Assembly: GCA_002898375.1 (NCBI GenBank)
Contig: BEIN01000012.1
Span: forward strand, 3,922 to 67,921
Source: a bacterium HR37
GTDB taxonomy: Bacteria; Desulfobacterota_D; UBA1144; Nemesobacterales; CSP1-2
Length of the DNA stretch: 64,000 bases
Direction: 5' to 3'
Shown here: positions 28,730-38,980 of the stretch, piece by piece
How positions within the stretch are numbered: the stretch's first letter is position 1
Layout: every line of letters begins with the position of its first letter
Program-made: the position numbers and the translations under genes
Notes under the pieces: generated by a model
The model's input: the letters and a program-made list of their open reading frames with translations, nothing else
Database searches by the model: none
Told to the model about the DNA's origin: nothing

Positions 28730-30634
28730 ATGAAGCTTCCCCATCCAGGTGAGATAGTAAACCTCTTAAAGAAAACCCCTTATCGTCCAATGAGAGCAAG
28801 AGAACTCTCTAAGCGACTCGGTGTTCCTAAAGAGGGTCGAAAGCTGTTTAAGAAGATACTGAAGAAGCTCCTTCGGGAGGGGACTATAAAGAGGGTTAAG
28901 GGCGGTAAATACACCGTTGTTAAAACGGAGAGCAACAAAGGTAAGGAAGAAATTCCTTTGGAAGGCCGCAGGGGAATTTTATCTCCTGAAGGAAGGTTTC
29001 TTGGGAAATTTCTTAGAAGGGGAAAAACTGGAATTATTGTGCCACGGGGATTAAGACTTCCACCTTTTTTCGTCAAGCTCGGTGAGGTTAAGGGGGTAAG
29101 GAGTGAAAGCCTTGTTTTAGCCGAAATTAGGCATCCGGAGCAAGGAGCTTCGGATAAGCGTACTGCAAGGGTTATAGAAGTCCTAGGGAAGGTTGGTAGC
29201 TTGGAGGCAGAAAGAAGAGGTCTGTGTGTAGAGTATGGTCTTCCTGAAGACTTTCCTTTAGCAGTTGTTAAGGAATCGGGAAGGATTCCGGAAGATATTC
29301 CTGCCAGGGTTATATCCAGGAGGGTTGACCTTCGTGATAAAATGATATTTACGATAGATAACGATAAGGCCAGGGATTTTGATGATGCAGTTGGCATCTT
29401 GCGTCTTGATTCTGGTTACAGGCTTTGGGTATCCATTGCTGATGTATCTTATTATGTAGAGGTTGGGAGTGCAATAGATAACGAAGCGCTTGAGCGTGGA
29501 ACCAGTATATATCTGCCGGATAAGGTTATCCCCATGCTTCCTGAAAGGCTTTCTAACTGGGTTTGCAGTTTGGTTCCAGGGGAGGACAGGCTTACAAAAA
29601 CCGTTGAGATGGATTTTGATAACAACGGGGTTATGGTTGAGTTTAGGATTTATAACAGCATTATAAGGAGTTGTGCTCGTCTGACCTATACAGAGGTTTC
29701 AAATATTCTTGAAAAAGGAAAAAAAGTTGGAAGGAAAAACAGTGAGCTGGTAGAAAGCTTAAAGATAATGAAGGAGCTTTTTGAGAAGCTAAAAGAGAGG
29801 GGGATAGAAAGGGGGGAGCTTGATTTTGATTTGCCTGAGCCTGAGATTATAAGAGATGAGCTTGGAAGGACAGTGGATGTTATAAAGTCTGAAAGAAACG
29901 TGGCACATGGAATTATAGAAAAGTTTATGATCTCTGCAAATGCTGCGGTTGCTGAGTATGTTTTCAGGTTAAAGGTTCCCTCCATCTACAGGATTCATGA
30001 GCCACCAGATTACTCTTCCCTAAAGGAACTGGCTGAGGGTTTAAAGAAGTTTGGCTATGCCTTTAAGCCAAGCCGCAAGGTAAAACCAAGCGACATTCAG
30101 AAGGTCATCCTGGAATCCAAGGAGAGGGGTGAGGAGCTTGCAGTTCATACCTTGATTTTAAGGTCTTTAAAGAGAGCCATATATTCTACAAGTGAAAAAG
30201 GGCACTTCGGACTTGCCCTTAAGCATTACACTCATTTTACCTCTCCCATAAGACGTTATCCTGACCTTGTTGTGCATAGAATCATAAACTCTCTCATAGA
30301 AGGTAAAAAGCCTCCATATGATGAGGATACACTTGAGTGGATAGCAAATCATTCATCTGTAAAAGAGAGATTTGCCGATGAGGTTGAAAGAGAGGCAATA
30401 AAGCTTGAGAGAGTCTATATGATGAGATCCCATATAGGAAGAGAGTTTGAAGGCTTTGTAATAAGCGTTCTTCCGTTTGGTATATTTGTTGAACTAAAAG
30501 ACATCTTTGTTGAAGGGTTTGTTCCAAGAGAAAAGCTAAAGGGTAGGAAGTTTGAAGTTGGTCAGGATGTTAGGGTAAGGGTGGTAGAATCTGATATTGA
30601 GAGGAGAAGAATAACCCTTGATCTGGTTCTTTAG
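28730..30634 (+). CDS. rnr: Ribonuclease R (RNB family)
   Basis: FTIDNDKARDFDDA, HYTHFTSPIRRYPDL, C-terminal S1 domain, N-terminal HTH; ATG 28730 preferred. Confidence 0.92.
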   Translation: MKLPHPGEIVNLLKKTPYRPMRARELSKRLGVPKEGRKLFKKILKKLLREGTIKRVKGGKYTVVKTESNKGKEEIPLEGRRGILSPEGRFLGKFLRRGKTGIIVPRGLRLPPFFVKLGEVKGVRSESLVLAEIRHPEQGASDKRTARVIEVLGKVGSLEAERRGLCVEYGLPEDFPLAVVKESGRIPEDIPARVISRRVDLRDKMIFTIDNDKARDFDDAVGILRLDSGYRLWVSIADVSYYVEVGSAIDNEALERGTSIYLPDKVIPMLPERLSNWVCSLVPGEDRLTKTVEMDFDNNGVMVEFRIYNSIIRSCARLTYTEVSNILEKGKKVGRKNSELVESLKIMKELFEKLKERGIERGELDFDLPEPEIIRDELGRTVDVIKSERNVAHGIIEKFMISANAAVAEYVFRLKVPSIYRIHEPPDYSSLKELAEGLKKFGYAFKPSRKVKPSDIQKVILESKERGEELAVHTLILRSLKRAIYSTSEKGHFGLALKHYTHFTSPIRRYPDLVVHRIINSLIEGKKPPYDEDTLEWIANHSSVKERFADEVEREAIKLERVYMMRSHIGREFEGFVISVLPFGIFVELKDIFVEGFVPREKLKGRKFEVGQDVRVRVVESDIERRRITLDLVL

Positions 30635-30650
30635 TTCTAGGACTTCAAAT

Positions 30651-32513
30651 TTAGGCTCTTTTCCCTTTTAATGCTTTCCTAAGCACAGTAATTGCCAGTA
30701 CAAGTATAGCTACGTTTGCAACTGCTTCTTTTCCATTGTAGGGGGAGGGCGTTGCCAGAGAGCAGCCGCCTCCGTTACTTTCTCTTGTGTCTTCGTTTCG
30801 GTTGTTTTGCTGGTCAACCGATTTTACTGCCTCAAAGGCATCAACCCTGCCAAAGCCAAATACATTGTCAAAACCGGGTTGACCCAGGTCCAGTGCTGTC
30901 TCTCCCAATATCTCTTTAACTCTGCTTGGTTGTAGGGTGGGGTTTTTATCAAGCATAAGTGCAACAACCCCTGCTACATGAGGCGCTGAAGCTGAAGTAC
31001 CAAAAAACGGATTAAAGTCGGTTAAGCTGGTTGAGACCCCATCAGGGGCAACCAAATCTGGCTTTGGTCTTGATTCAAAAAAAGGAAAAAAAATTGTACT
31101 TGGTCCCTGTGAGCTAAACTCTTCAATGGTATCTGGATTCTTTACATAAACGGCACCCACAGCAATAACATTTGATACAGCTGGATGACCATATACGCTG
31201 TCTTCTGGAACATTAAAGTTAACCGGTACCACGGAGCTACTGAAGAACATCTCCAGGGTTTTTGGAACTCCCTTAAAGAGGTTTATAACTATATCAACAC
31301 CACGGAAGTTATCAGAGCTGGTATTTGAAGCAACCGCAAGCTCTATCGGATTATCATCTCCGTTTTGGATTTCAATACCGTAGTCGATAAGCTCACCCGT
31401 TGAGGAATCAAATAGGAAAAGGTCATAATCATTTGAGGACTTGCCAAACTGGTCGTTCCACTGAAGTACACATATTGTGCTCTGTAGAGGAGGAATAAGA
31501 ATCCTCATTGCGGGATTGCTCTCTTGACCAGCTGCTTTGCCAAAGTCATGAACATGTTTTATGTTTTCGTTTATTGCTCCCCCATCTACATACACTGCCT
31601 GATAGTGTTGGTCTGCATCATTGCCTCCAGCTGAAACAAACACCACCCCTTTGCTTACGCTGTTTTGAACCTCCTTTGCTACCCTTCCATCTTCAAAAAA
31701 GGGTTCCTGTAGGAATCCAAGGTCATCTACGATTACATCTACCCCGATACCGGTTAGGAATTTTATCGAATCTATAAAATCTATGTCCGTTAATCCAGAA
31801 GAGAATGCAAGTTGGGCACCAGGAGCTATGTCGTGGATAATCTCTAAAAGAGCTGTTCCCTCGTTTCCCTTTCCCTCAATCCCTATTATTATGTTGTCTG
31901 GTAGCTCCCCTGTTGATTGAGAAACCGCAATTCCATCTACCCCATCTGAGATAACCCCTATAGTTATGCCGCTTCCATCAAACCCGAGTATTTCTCTTAC
32001 ATCGTTTGAGCCAATTACTACATCCCCCTCTGTTACTACCGAGCCGCTTTTTGTTTTTCCGTAGCTTGGTGGGGTTATCTTTCTTACAAAGCCAAGGTTT
32101 GAGATTTCTTCGAGCCTATAAAATGGGGCCCAACCCTGAACTATACCGTACTCACTATTTACCGATTCAACCCTTACCTCCAGGGCTTTTAGTTGTTCTA
32201 GGTATGTATCCTTAATTTCACTTAGGTATATATAGACCTGTATGTTTCCATCTTTGTCTATTTTAACAAGCGGGGTAGATAGTTCTTCTATCTTAAACTC
32301 TCTTAGATTGCTCTTTGTAACCCCCATGGTTTTCAGTTTGGTTAGAACTTTTTGCACATCGTGACTGATTTTAGAGTCTTTGTACTCGATTGTCCCTTCG
32401 TATTTTTTATCTTTTAGCTTGTAGCCCCATGAGACCTCGTTTCCGGTTGCCCTATTGTCTAGGAATAAGGAAGTAAGCAAAACCAGAAAAAAAGTGCTTA
32501 AGACCTTTTTCAT
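30651..32513 (-). CDS. Secreted subtilase (S8/S53-like) with C-terminal GGGC-TM-basic sorting signal
   Basis: IGVISDG; EGTALLEIIHD; KPDLVAPDG; FGTSASAPHVAG; tail GGGCSL...AILVLAITVLRKALKGKRA. Confidence 0.88.
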   Translation of the reverse strand: MKKVLSTFFLVLLTSLFLDNRATGNEVSWGYKLKDKKYEGTIEYKDSKISHDVQKVLTKLKTMGVTKSNLREFKIEELSTPLVKIDKDGNIQVYIYLSEIKDTYLEQLKALEVRVESVNSEYGIVQGWAPFYRLEEISNLGFVRKITPPSYGKTKSGSVVTEGDVVIGSNDVREILGFDGSGITIGVISDGVDGIAVSQSTGELPDNIIIGIEGKGNEGTALLEIIHDIAPGAQLAFSSGLTDIDFIDSIKFLTGIGVDVIVDDLGFLQEPFFEDGRVAKEVQNSVSKGVVFVSAGGNDADQHYQAVYVDGGAINENIKHVHDFGKAAGQESNPAMRILIPPLQSTICVLQWNDQFGKSSNDYDLFLFDSSTGELIDYGIEIQNGDDNPIELAVASNTSSDNFRGVDIVINLFKGVPKTLEMFFSSSVVPVNFNVPEDSVYGHPAVSNVIAVGAVYVKNPDTIEEFSSQGPSTIFFPFFESRPKPDLVAPDGVSTSLTDFNPFFGTSASAPHVAGVVALMLDKNPTLQPSRVKEILGETALDLGQPGFDNVFGFGRVDAFEAVKSVDQQNNRNEDTRESNGGGCSLATPSPYNGKEAVANVAILVLAITVLRKALKGKRA

Positions 32514-32551
32514 TTAACTACCTCCCTTATAGGGTTTATACGGGTGTGGTA

Positions 32552-33211
32552 TTAAGAAACACTTAGCTTACCTTCGTTTTTTGCAATTATAAATTCACGG
32601 AGCATATCCTGGTGCTCCTTACCAACCTCAATTATTGAAGCCACAGCGTAGGCTCCTGCTCTTAGGTAGGCAGTTACTTCATCTGGGTTTATCGTATCTG
32701 TTGGGATAAGCTTAATTTTGGGAAATAGTTCCCTAAGAAACCCAAGCCAGCCTATCCCTCCCATGGTCTTACATGGAAAGACACTAACTGCGTTTGCCCC
32801 CAAGTCGTAGGCGCTAAATACCTCGGTTGGGGTAAGTGAGCCCGCTGCATGAAACACACTCTCTTTCTTGCTTCTCTTTATAATTCCCTTGTCTAGGTGA
32901 GTTGAGAACAGGAAGAAGGCTCCTGCATTTATTGCAATTCTTGCCTCTTTCTTTGTGGATATGGAAAAAACCCCAAGGTTTTGTTTTCCAGCTCTTTTTA
33001 GGCTTTTAAGGTGTTCTTTTACCCCCTGTGTTTTAAAGTCAAGGGCAATCAGATTAAACCCTCCATCCCTTGCAAGTTGGTATGCTTCTAGCATCTGCTT
33101 AAAAGAGGGTGCTTTAATCAGGAGAAAAACCTTTTCGTCTTCAATAAGATGAAGGAGTTTTTTTTGAATTTCACGTTTAGATGGTTTTTCAACGATCTTC
33201 TTCTTGGACAT
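32552..33211 (-). CDS. KDPG/KHG aldolase-like TIM-barrel protein with degenerate active site
   Basis: AGSLTPTEVFSAYDLGA...VFP...GG...FP pattern of the Eda family; likely start ATG 33211 (track ORF runs into tRNA-Ser). Confidence 0.75.
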   Translation of the reverse strand: MSKKKIVEKPSKREIQKKLLHLIEDEKVFLLIKAPSFKQMLEAYQLARDGGFNLIALDFKTQGVKEHLKSLKRAGKQNLGVFSISTKKEARIAINAGAFFLFSTHLDKGIIKRSKKESVFHAAGSLTPTEVFSAYDLGANAVSVFPCKTMGGIGWLGFLRELFPKIKLIPTDTINPDEVTAYLRAGAYAVASIIEVGKEHQDMLREFIIAKNEGKLSVS

Positions 33212-33222
33212 TTCTAACCCTT

Positions 33223-33310
33223 CGGAGGGGGTGGGATTCGAACCCACGAGGGCCTTAAAAACCCTTCCGGTTTTCGAGACCGGTGCCTTCGTCCACTCGG
33301 CCACCCCTCC
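33223..33310 (-). tRNA. tRNA-Ser (CGA)
   Basis: GGAGGGG acceptor; TGGCCGAGTGG; CCGGT-CTCGAAA-ACCGG; long variable arm; GGTTCGAATCCC; G discriminator. Confidence 0.96.
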
Positions 33311-33444
33311 TTTCCCAAGGTATGGATTATACCATTAAATATACTGTAAGTTAGTAAAAGTTTGGAATCATTTGCTACTGCATTACAATATATTGTGTTT
33401 TTAGTATATAATAACGATTCTAGAGAAAACTAACAGGGTTTTGT

Positions 33445-35985
33445 TTGCGGGTGAGTGCTCTTTTTTCGGAAAAGATAAAAAGGGAAATAGAGAAGACGAT
33501 AAAAGAGGCCTCAGGTAATGAGGTTTTCTTTGTTGGTTCTCTTGATGGTGGCGGTGTTGTTAGCAGTTTAAGGGTTGTTGCTCGTGGTAACGAATTCTCT
33601 GTCCCCGCCATTGTTGATTCTGCCAGCAGCGGGGATGTTGTAATTCACAACCATCCTTCTGGCAACCTGACCCCTTCAGCAAGGGATATCGAGATGGCCT
33701 CTGTATTTGGAAACAGGGGGGTTGGTTTTTACATAGTAAACAACGATGCATCTGAGGTGTATGTGGTTGTTGAGCCGTTTTTAAAACGGGAAGAGAGGGA
33801 GCTTAATACAGAGGAATTAAAGGGGTTATTGCTTCCAGGAGGTGGGGTGGCAAAGGTAATGGGAAGGCAGTTTGAGGAAAGAGCTGAGCAGATACAGATG
33901 TTAGAAGCTGTGGCTTTGGCCTTTAATCAGAGCTCTATTTCCTTAATCGAAGCTGGAACAGGAACGGGTAAAACGCTTGCCTATTTGATACCTGCTGTTT
34001 ACTGGTCTATCTTAAACGGTGAGAGGGTTGTGGTGTCAACAAACACCATTAATCTTCAGGAACAGCTTATTAACAAGGATCTTCCCGTTGTTCAACTTGG
34101 TCTGGGTGATAAGGGGTTTAAGTATTCCCTTGTAAAGGGTATGGCAAATTACGTTTGTCTGCTTAGGGTTGAAACCGTATTGGATGGGCTCTTAGACCTT
34201 GCAGGGGATGATGAGATAGATACTCTAAGAAATATAGTAGAGTGGGCAAAGAGTACACAGGACGGTTCACTTTCTGACCTGAGTTTTAACCCTCCTGAGG
34301 AGGTATGGGATAAGGTCTGTGCTGAAAGTGAGAGTTGCCTTCGTATAAGATGCCCTTACTACTCAAAGTGCTTTTTCTATAAATCAAGACGGGAAATGGC
34401 CTCTTCCAATATCCTTGTCGTTAATCATCATCTTCTGTTTTCGGATCTCTCCATAAAGAGTGCAACCGAGGAGAGTGAGGTAGGGATTCTACCTTCATAT
34501 AGAAGGGTAATTTTCGATGAAGCCCACCATATAGGAGATGCTGCCACATCACATTTTGGATTAAGGGCAAGCAAGTACGGGATTGTAAGGACACTGAGAC
34601 GCCTGAGAAGAAGGGGGGAGAAGGGAGAGATAAAAGGGCTGCTTTTCTATACCGCTTCTCTTGCTACCAAGCTGCAGAAGTATTTTAGAAAGGGGATTTT
34701 AACAAGTGTCCTGGAAAGAATAGAGAGTTTCATATCTCCAAGGGTTGATGTGGTTGAGGAGAGTGCAAGAGATGCCTTTGATAGGCTGTATTTCTTTGCC
34801 CTTCCTTTCTCGGAATTAAAAGAAGGAAATTCGGAGGAAATCACTCTTAGGATAACCCATGAGGTAAGGCAGAAAGAAGGATGGGAAGAGGTGGACAAAA
34901 GGCTTTCTCTTCTCAGAATAAGGTTACGTGAGCTTGAGGAAGAGATAAGATCTTTTGTAGAGGTACTTCTGGACTACGAAAATGAGGATGATGTTGCCAG
35001 AATTATTGCAGAGTATAGGGGAATTGCAAATAAAGTTGGTTTCTATTCGGATGTGATAAATTGCTTCCTGAGCTCTGAGGAAGATGGATACGTAAGGTGG
35101 GTTGAGGGAAGGGCGGGAAAGGGAGGGATAGTCTCTTCCATAGGACTTTCTCCGCTTGATATCTCTTCTCACTTAAAGGAGAGGCTTTATTCCAGGTGTA
35201 AGACAGTGGTTATGACATCTGCCACCATGACTGTTAACGGAAGTTTTTCCTTTCTTAAGGGTGAACTGGGCTTAAGTGATGACAGTAGGGTAAAGGAGTA
35301 TGTGATTTCATCTCCTTTTAACTACTCAGAAAATGTAGTTCTTGCAATCCCAAAGGATGTATCTGAACCTTCTGAGGTTGGATATGCAGAGGATCTATCT
35401 TCTATAATAGTTAGAGCCGTTAAGGCTTCGAGGGGAAATGCTCTTATCTTATTTACTTCTTATTCGCTTCTTGATAAGGTTTACGGTCGTGTATACAGGG
35501 AATTGGAAGACTCTGGGATTCTATGTCTTAGACAGGGTAGCTCCCCCAGAAGCAGGCTACTTGACAGGTTCAGGGTGGAGGATAAATCTGTTCTCTTTGC
35601 TACGGATAGCTTCTGGGAAGGGGTTGATATTCCTGGAGATGCCCTTCGTTTGCTTATAATTACAAGACTACCATTTCGTGTGCCAACTGACCCTATAATA
35701 GAGGCCAGGGTTCAGTATCTGGAAAATCAGGGGATAAACTCTTTTCTGGAGTATACAGTTCCACTGGCTGTCCTTAAGTTTAAGCAGGGATTTGGAAGAC
35801 TTATAAGAACGAAAACAGATAAAGGTGTGGTTATGGTTTTGGACAAGCGAATTATAAGCAAGTACTATGGTAAGTACTTCTTGAATTCGCTTCCAAGGTG
35901 TAGAAGGGTAGTTGGTGGGGTTGAGGAGGTGGTAGATGAGATCTGTGCGTTTTTTAACTCCTTAGCTGGCTGTAACGGAGGATAA
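33445..35985 (+). CDS. DinG-family ATP-dependent helicase with N-terminal JAB/MPN domain
   Basis: HNHPSGNLTPSARD; EAGTGTGKT; Fe-S Cys cluster; DEAH; TSAT; QGFGRLIR. Confidence 0.9.
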   Translation: MRVSALFSEKIKREIEKTIKEASGNEVFFVGSLDGGGVVSSLRVVARGNEFSVPAIVDSASSGDVVIHNHPSGNLTPSARDIEMASVFGNRGVGFYIVNNDASEVYVVVEPFLKREERELNTEELKGLLLPGGGVAKVMGRQFEERAEQIQMLEAVALAFNQSSISLIEAGTGTGKTLAYLIPAVYWSILNGERVVVSTNTINLQEQLINKDLPVVQLGLGDKGFKYSLVKGMANYVCLLRVETVLDGLLDLAGDDEIDTLRNIVEWAKSTQDGSLSDLSFNPPEEVWDKVCAESESCLRIRCPYYSKCFFYKSRREMASSNILVVNHHLLFSDLSIKSATEESEVGILPSYRRVIFDEAHHIGDAATSHFGLRASKYGIVRTLRRLRRRGEKGEIKGLLFYTASLATKLQKYFRKGILTSVLERIESFISPRVDVVEESARDAFDRLYFFALPFSELKEGNSEEITLRITHEVRQKEGWEEVDKRLSLLRIRLRELEEEIRSFVEVLLDYENEDDVARIIAEYRGIANKVGFYSDVINCFLSSEEDGYVRWVEGRAGKGGIVSSIGLSPLDISSHLKERLYSRCKTVVMTSATMTVNGSFSFLKGELGLSDDSRVKEYVISSPFNYSENVVLAIPKDVSEPSEVGYAEDLSSIIVRAVKASRGNALILFTSYSLLDKVYGRVYRELEDSGILCLRQGSSPRSRLLDRFRVEDKSVLFATDSFWEGVDIPGDALRLLIITRLPFRVPTDPIIEARVQYLENQGINSFLEYTVPLAVLKFKQGFGRLIRTKTDKGVVMVLDKRIISKYYGKYFLNSLPRCRRVVGGVEEVVDEICAFFNSLAGCNGG

Positions 35986-35989
35986 ACTG

Positions 35990-36826
35990 TTGGGTCTGGT
36001 AATTAGGAAATCTGCATCTAGGGATTTGGGCTCTATTCTTAGATTTTCTTTTTTCCTGTTTCTGGTGCTGTGTGTAGTAGGGATTCATAAGGTTTATGCC
36101 TATAAGGAGCTTATTGTCCTGGGTAAATGGAGTAGGAAGGGATTAAATGAGCTTCTAAGGGATGCTTCTAGAATTAAAGATACAGGGAAACGAATAGACT
36201 TTTTATCAAAACAGTTCCTTGGAGTGCCTTATAAAGGCCATACCCTTATAGGAAACTTGAATGTCCCCGAGGTGTTTGTTATAAACCTTAAAGAGCTTGA
36301 CTGCTTTACCTATATTGACTATGTGGAGGCTATGAGGCTTTCAAATTCCTTTGACGAGTTTAAAGAGCGGCTAAAGGAGATAAGATACAGGTATGGGTAT
36401 GTGGATTTTAAACACAGAAACCACTTCTTTACAGATTGGATTGTATTCAATAGCAGGTACGTAGATGATGTTACCCGGGAAGTTGGTCGTGAAAAAACAC
36501 GTGTTGTGGATAAGGTCCTTAACAGCAGGGAAGATGGCTCTTTTTTCTTACCCGGGATTTCACCTGTTCTAAGACGTATTTACTATATACCTTCTTACGC
36601 TGTGGATGATGGTGTGGTTGGGAGATTAAAGACGGGTGATTACGTTGGGGTGTACTCGGATAAGCAGGGTCTTGATGTTTCGCATACCGGGATTGTTATA
36701 AAATACGGAAACAAAACCTACTTAAGGCATGCATCATCTAGAAGGGGTATAGGTAGGGTTTTAGATGAGGACTTAAAAAGCTACATATTGGGTAAGCCAG
36801 GACTTGTTGTCATTAGACCAAAATAG
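35990..36826 (+). CDS. DUF1460 N-acetylmuramoyl-L-alanine amidase-like protein (NlpC/P60 fold)
   Basis: FLGVPY, LDCFTY, RNHFFTDW, GLDVSHTG, LRHASS. Confidence 0.85.
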   Translation: MGLVIRKSASRDLGSILRFSFFLFLVLCVVGIHKVYAYKELIVLGKWSRKGLNELLRDASRIKDTGKRIDFLSKQFLGVPYKGHTLIGNLNVPEVFVINLKELDCFTYIDYVEAMRLSNSFDEFKERLKEIRYRYGYVDFKHRNHFFTDWIVFNSRYVDDVTREVGREKTRVVDKVLNSREDGSFFLPGISPVLRRIYYIPSYAVDDGVVGRLKTGDYVGVYSDKQGLDVSHTGIVIKYGNKTYLRHASSRRGIGRVLDEDLKSYILGKPGLVVIRPK

Positions 36827-36843
36827 ATTTTACCCTTTTTGTT

Positions 36844-37611
36844 ATGAAGGAGTTTAACCCAACCAAGAGGTTCTCTAAAAGGGCATTGCACTATAGTAAA
36901 GGGCGTCCGGGGTATCCTGAGGAGATAGTCTCTCTTCTCGAATCTGAATGTTCTCTTACCCCGTTTTGTGTGATTGCAGACATTGGTTCAGGAACCGGAT
37001 TGCTCTCAGAGTTGTTCTTAAAGAATGGAAATACGGTGTTTGGTGTTGAACCAAATGAGGATATGAGAAGGATTGCAGAGAAGAGACTAGGGGGCTATCC
37101 CAATTTCATAAGTCTGGAGGGAACTGCTGAGGCAGTTCCTTTAAAGGATGGAAGTGTGGACTTTGTAACGGTTGGTCATGCTTTTCACTGGTTTAGTGTT
37201 GATAAATCAAGGACTGAGTTTTTACGGATACTAAAGCCAGGTGGGTGGGTTGTTATTGTGTGGAATCAGAGGAGAACCGATTCAACTCCCTTTTTAAAGG
37301 CATATGAGAGGTTACTGCTTAGATTTGGAACGGATTATACAAAGGTAAATCCGTTAAATTTTAACGACAACGTGCTTTACTCTTTCTTTGGGAGATACGG
37401 GTTTAAGCTCAGGGTTTTTAAAAACCTACAGGTTCTGGATTTTGAAGGTTTAAAAAACAGGCTTCTTTCGTCATCTTATGTTCCGATGGAAGGCAGTTTG
37501 GGTTATGATAATATGATGAGGGAGCTGGAGGCTATATTTTACCAACACAGTGAGAATGGAAAGGTTATATTTGAATACGATACCAAAGTTTACTATGGTA
37601 AGCTAACTTAA
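36844..37611 (+). CDS. Class I SAM-dependent methyltransferase
   Basis: ADIGSGTG, VEPN, AFHWF, RILKPGG. Confidence 0.9.
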   Translation: MKEFNPTKRFSKRALHYSKGRPGYPEEIVSLLESECSLTPFCVIADIGSGTGLLSELFLKNGNTVFGVEPNEDMRRIAEKRLGGYPNFISLEGTAEAVPLKDGSVDFVTVGHAFHWFSVDKSRTEFLRILKPGGWVVIVWNQRRTDSTPFLKAYERLLLRFGTDYTKVNPLNFNDNVLYSFFGRYGFKLRVFKNLQVLDFEGLKNRLLSSSYVPMEGSLGYDNMMRELEAIFYQHSENGKVIFEYDTKVYYGKLT

Positions 37612-37628
37612 AAACAAAGGAGAGAGAT

Positions 37629-38024
37629 ATGGCAATTACTCCTCTTCAACTAAACAGCCTTATCACCGAGGCAAGAAAGGCTAGACAGGCCTTGGATAAG
37701 GTTCTGGATTATGCTGATCTTATAAGCAAATACGCAAAGGATTTACCAGATGAGGTGGGAAAGCTAGAGAGTGGAATTAGAGACTGTGCATCAGAAATAG
37801 AGCGACAGATTGAGGAGATTAGATACCATATATATACGGTTCTTAACAGTATGTCTGTTGACCCTGATGAGGTTAAAAACGCAGCCGATAAGCTACTGCT
37901 CTACCAGGGAGATGTCTCCCAGATAATTGAGTGGGTTGAGGAGCAGAAGAGAGGGCATGAGGAAAATTCATACTGGTGGCGGTACTGGCAAGCTGTATCT
38001 GAGGTTCTAAGAAAACGAAAGTAG
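37629..38024 (+). CDS. Hypothetical alpha-helical protein
   Basis: 131-aa ORF with AGGAG SD and host-like codon use; no recognised family. Confidence 0.75.
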   Translation: MAITPLQLNSLITEARKARQALDKVLDYADLISKYAKDLPDEVGKLESGIRDCASEIERQIEEIRYHIYTVLNSMSVDPDEVKNAADKLLLYQGDVSQIIEWVEEQKRGHEENSYWWRYWQAVSEVLRKRK

Positions 38025-38027
38025 CTT

Positions 38028-38933
38028 TTACAAAAATGCGGGCAACACGCTCCTGGAAAACTTCTCCATCGTATCAAACATCTGTTTGTCGTTTTCCGTA
38101 CGTATGTCTACTACTATGTAGGAAATTCCCATCTCCTTAAGTGTGTTTATACGTTTTACTATTTCCTCAGGTGTACCGTACAGGGGAAAAGGATGTCTTA
38201 TATCCTCTTTAAAACCCTGTTTCCCTTTCTTATCGAGTATATTGAGTCTGTTCCTTATTGAGTATACAAATGGGGTGGACTCTCTCTTGGCCTCTTTACG
38301 TATCTTTTCTATATACGCTATCCCCTTTTCTATCTCTTTAAGACCAATCCATGTAGGGTGCCAGCCCTCCGCTAACATAGCAGCGCGTTTCATTGCGCTT
38401 TTGCTACTCCCACCTATCCATATAGGAGGATGGGGTTTCTGTACGGGTTTGGGATAGAACCTTATATCTGAGAACTTAAAGAAATCTCCATCAAATCTGG
38501 GATCGTCTTTTTCCCAGAGCTCTTTCATTATCTTTATGTACTCGTTGGTTCTTTTCCCCCTCTCTGTAAATGGTATGCCAAGTATATTAAACTCCTCTTT
38601 CATCCATCCAGCACCTATCCCGAAGATTACCCTTCCATTGGAAAGTACATCCAGGGTGGAGATCATCTTTGCAACAACTATGGGGTTTCTATATGGCAGG
38701 ATTATAACACTGGTTCCAAGTTTTAAGTTTTTCGTACGGGCTGCTATTGTAGAAAGCAGAACAAAAGGATCATAGAAAACCTCAGAGAACCTATCAAGGT
38801 AGTTGGTTGGAACAACTATATGGTCACTTACCCATACGGAATCGAACCCAAGTTCTTCTGCCTTGGTGGCTATATCTAAAGGTACCTGTGGTTCCAGATT
38901 CCTGTGGATTGGGATTGCTATTCCAAATCGCAT
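38028..38933 (-). CDS. LLM-class (F420/flavin-dependent) oxidoreductase
   Basis: GFDSVWVSDH, LGTSVIILPYRNP, GIGAGW, PKPVQKPHPPIWIGG. Confidence 0.9.
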   Translation of the reverse strand: MRFGIAIPIHRNLEPQVPLDIATKAEELGFDSVWVSDHIVVPTNYLDRFSEVFYDPFVLLSTIAARTKNLKLGTSVIILPYRNPIVVAKMISTLDVLSNGRVIFGIGAGWMKEEFNILGIPFTERGKRTNEYIKIMKELWEKDDPRFDGDFFKFSDIRFYPKPVQKPHPPIWIGGSSKSAMKRAAMLAEGWHPTWIGLKEIEKGIAYIEKIRKEAKRESTPFVYSIRNRLNILDKKGKQGFKEDIRHPFPLYGTPEEIVKRINTLKEMGISYIVVDIRTENDKQMFDTMEKFSRSVLPAFL

Positions 38934-38980
38934 CCTGTTGCCCTTGATTCCCTTAAGAGCTTTTATGTATAATGTCAGAC

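Noticed and set aside
33212..33304. N-terminal extension MAEWTKAPVSKTG... of the aldolase-like ORF
   Set aside because: It is the translation of tRNA-Ser; the likely start is ATG 33211.
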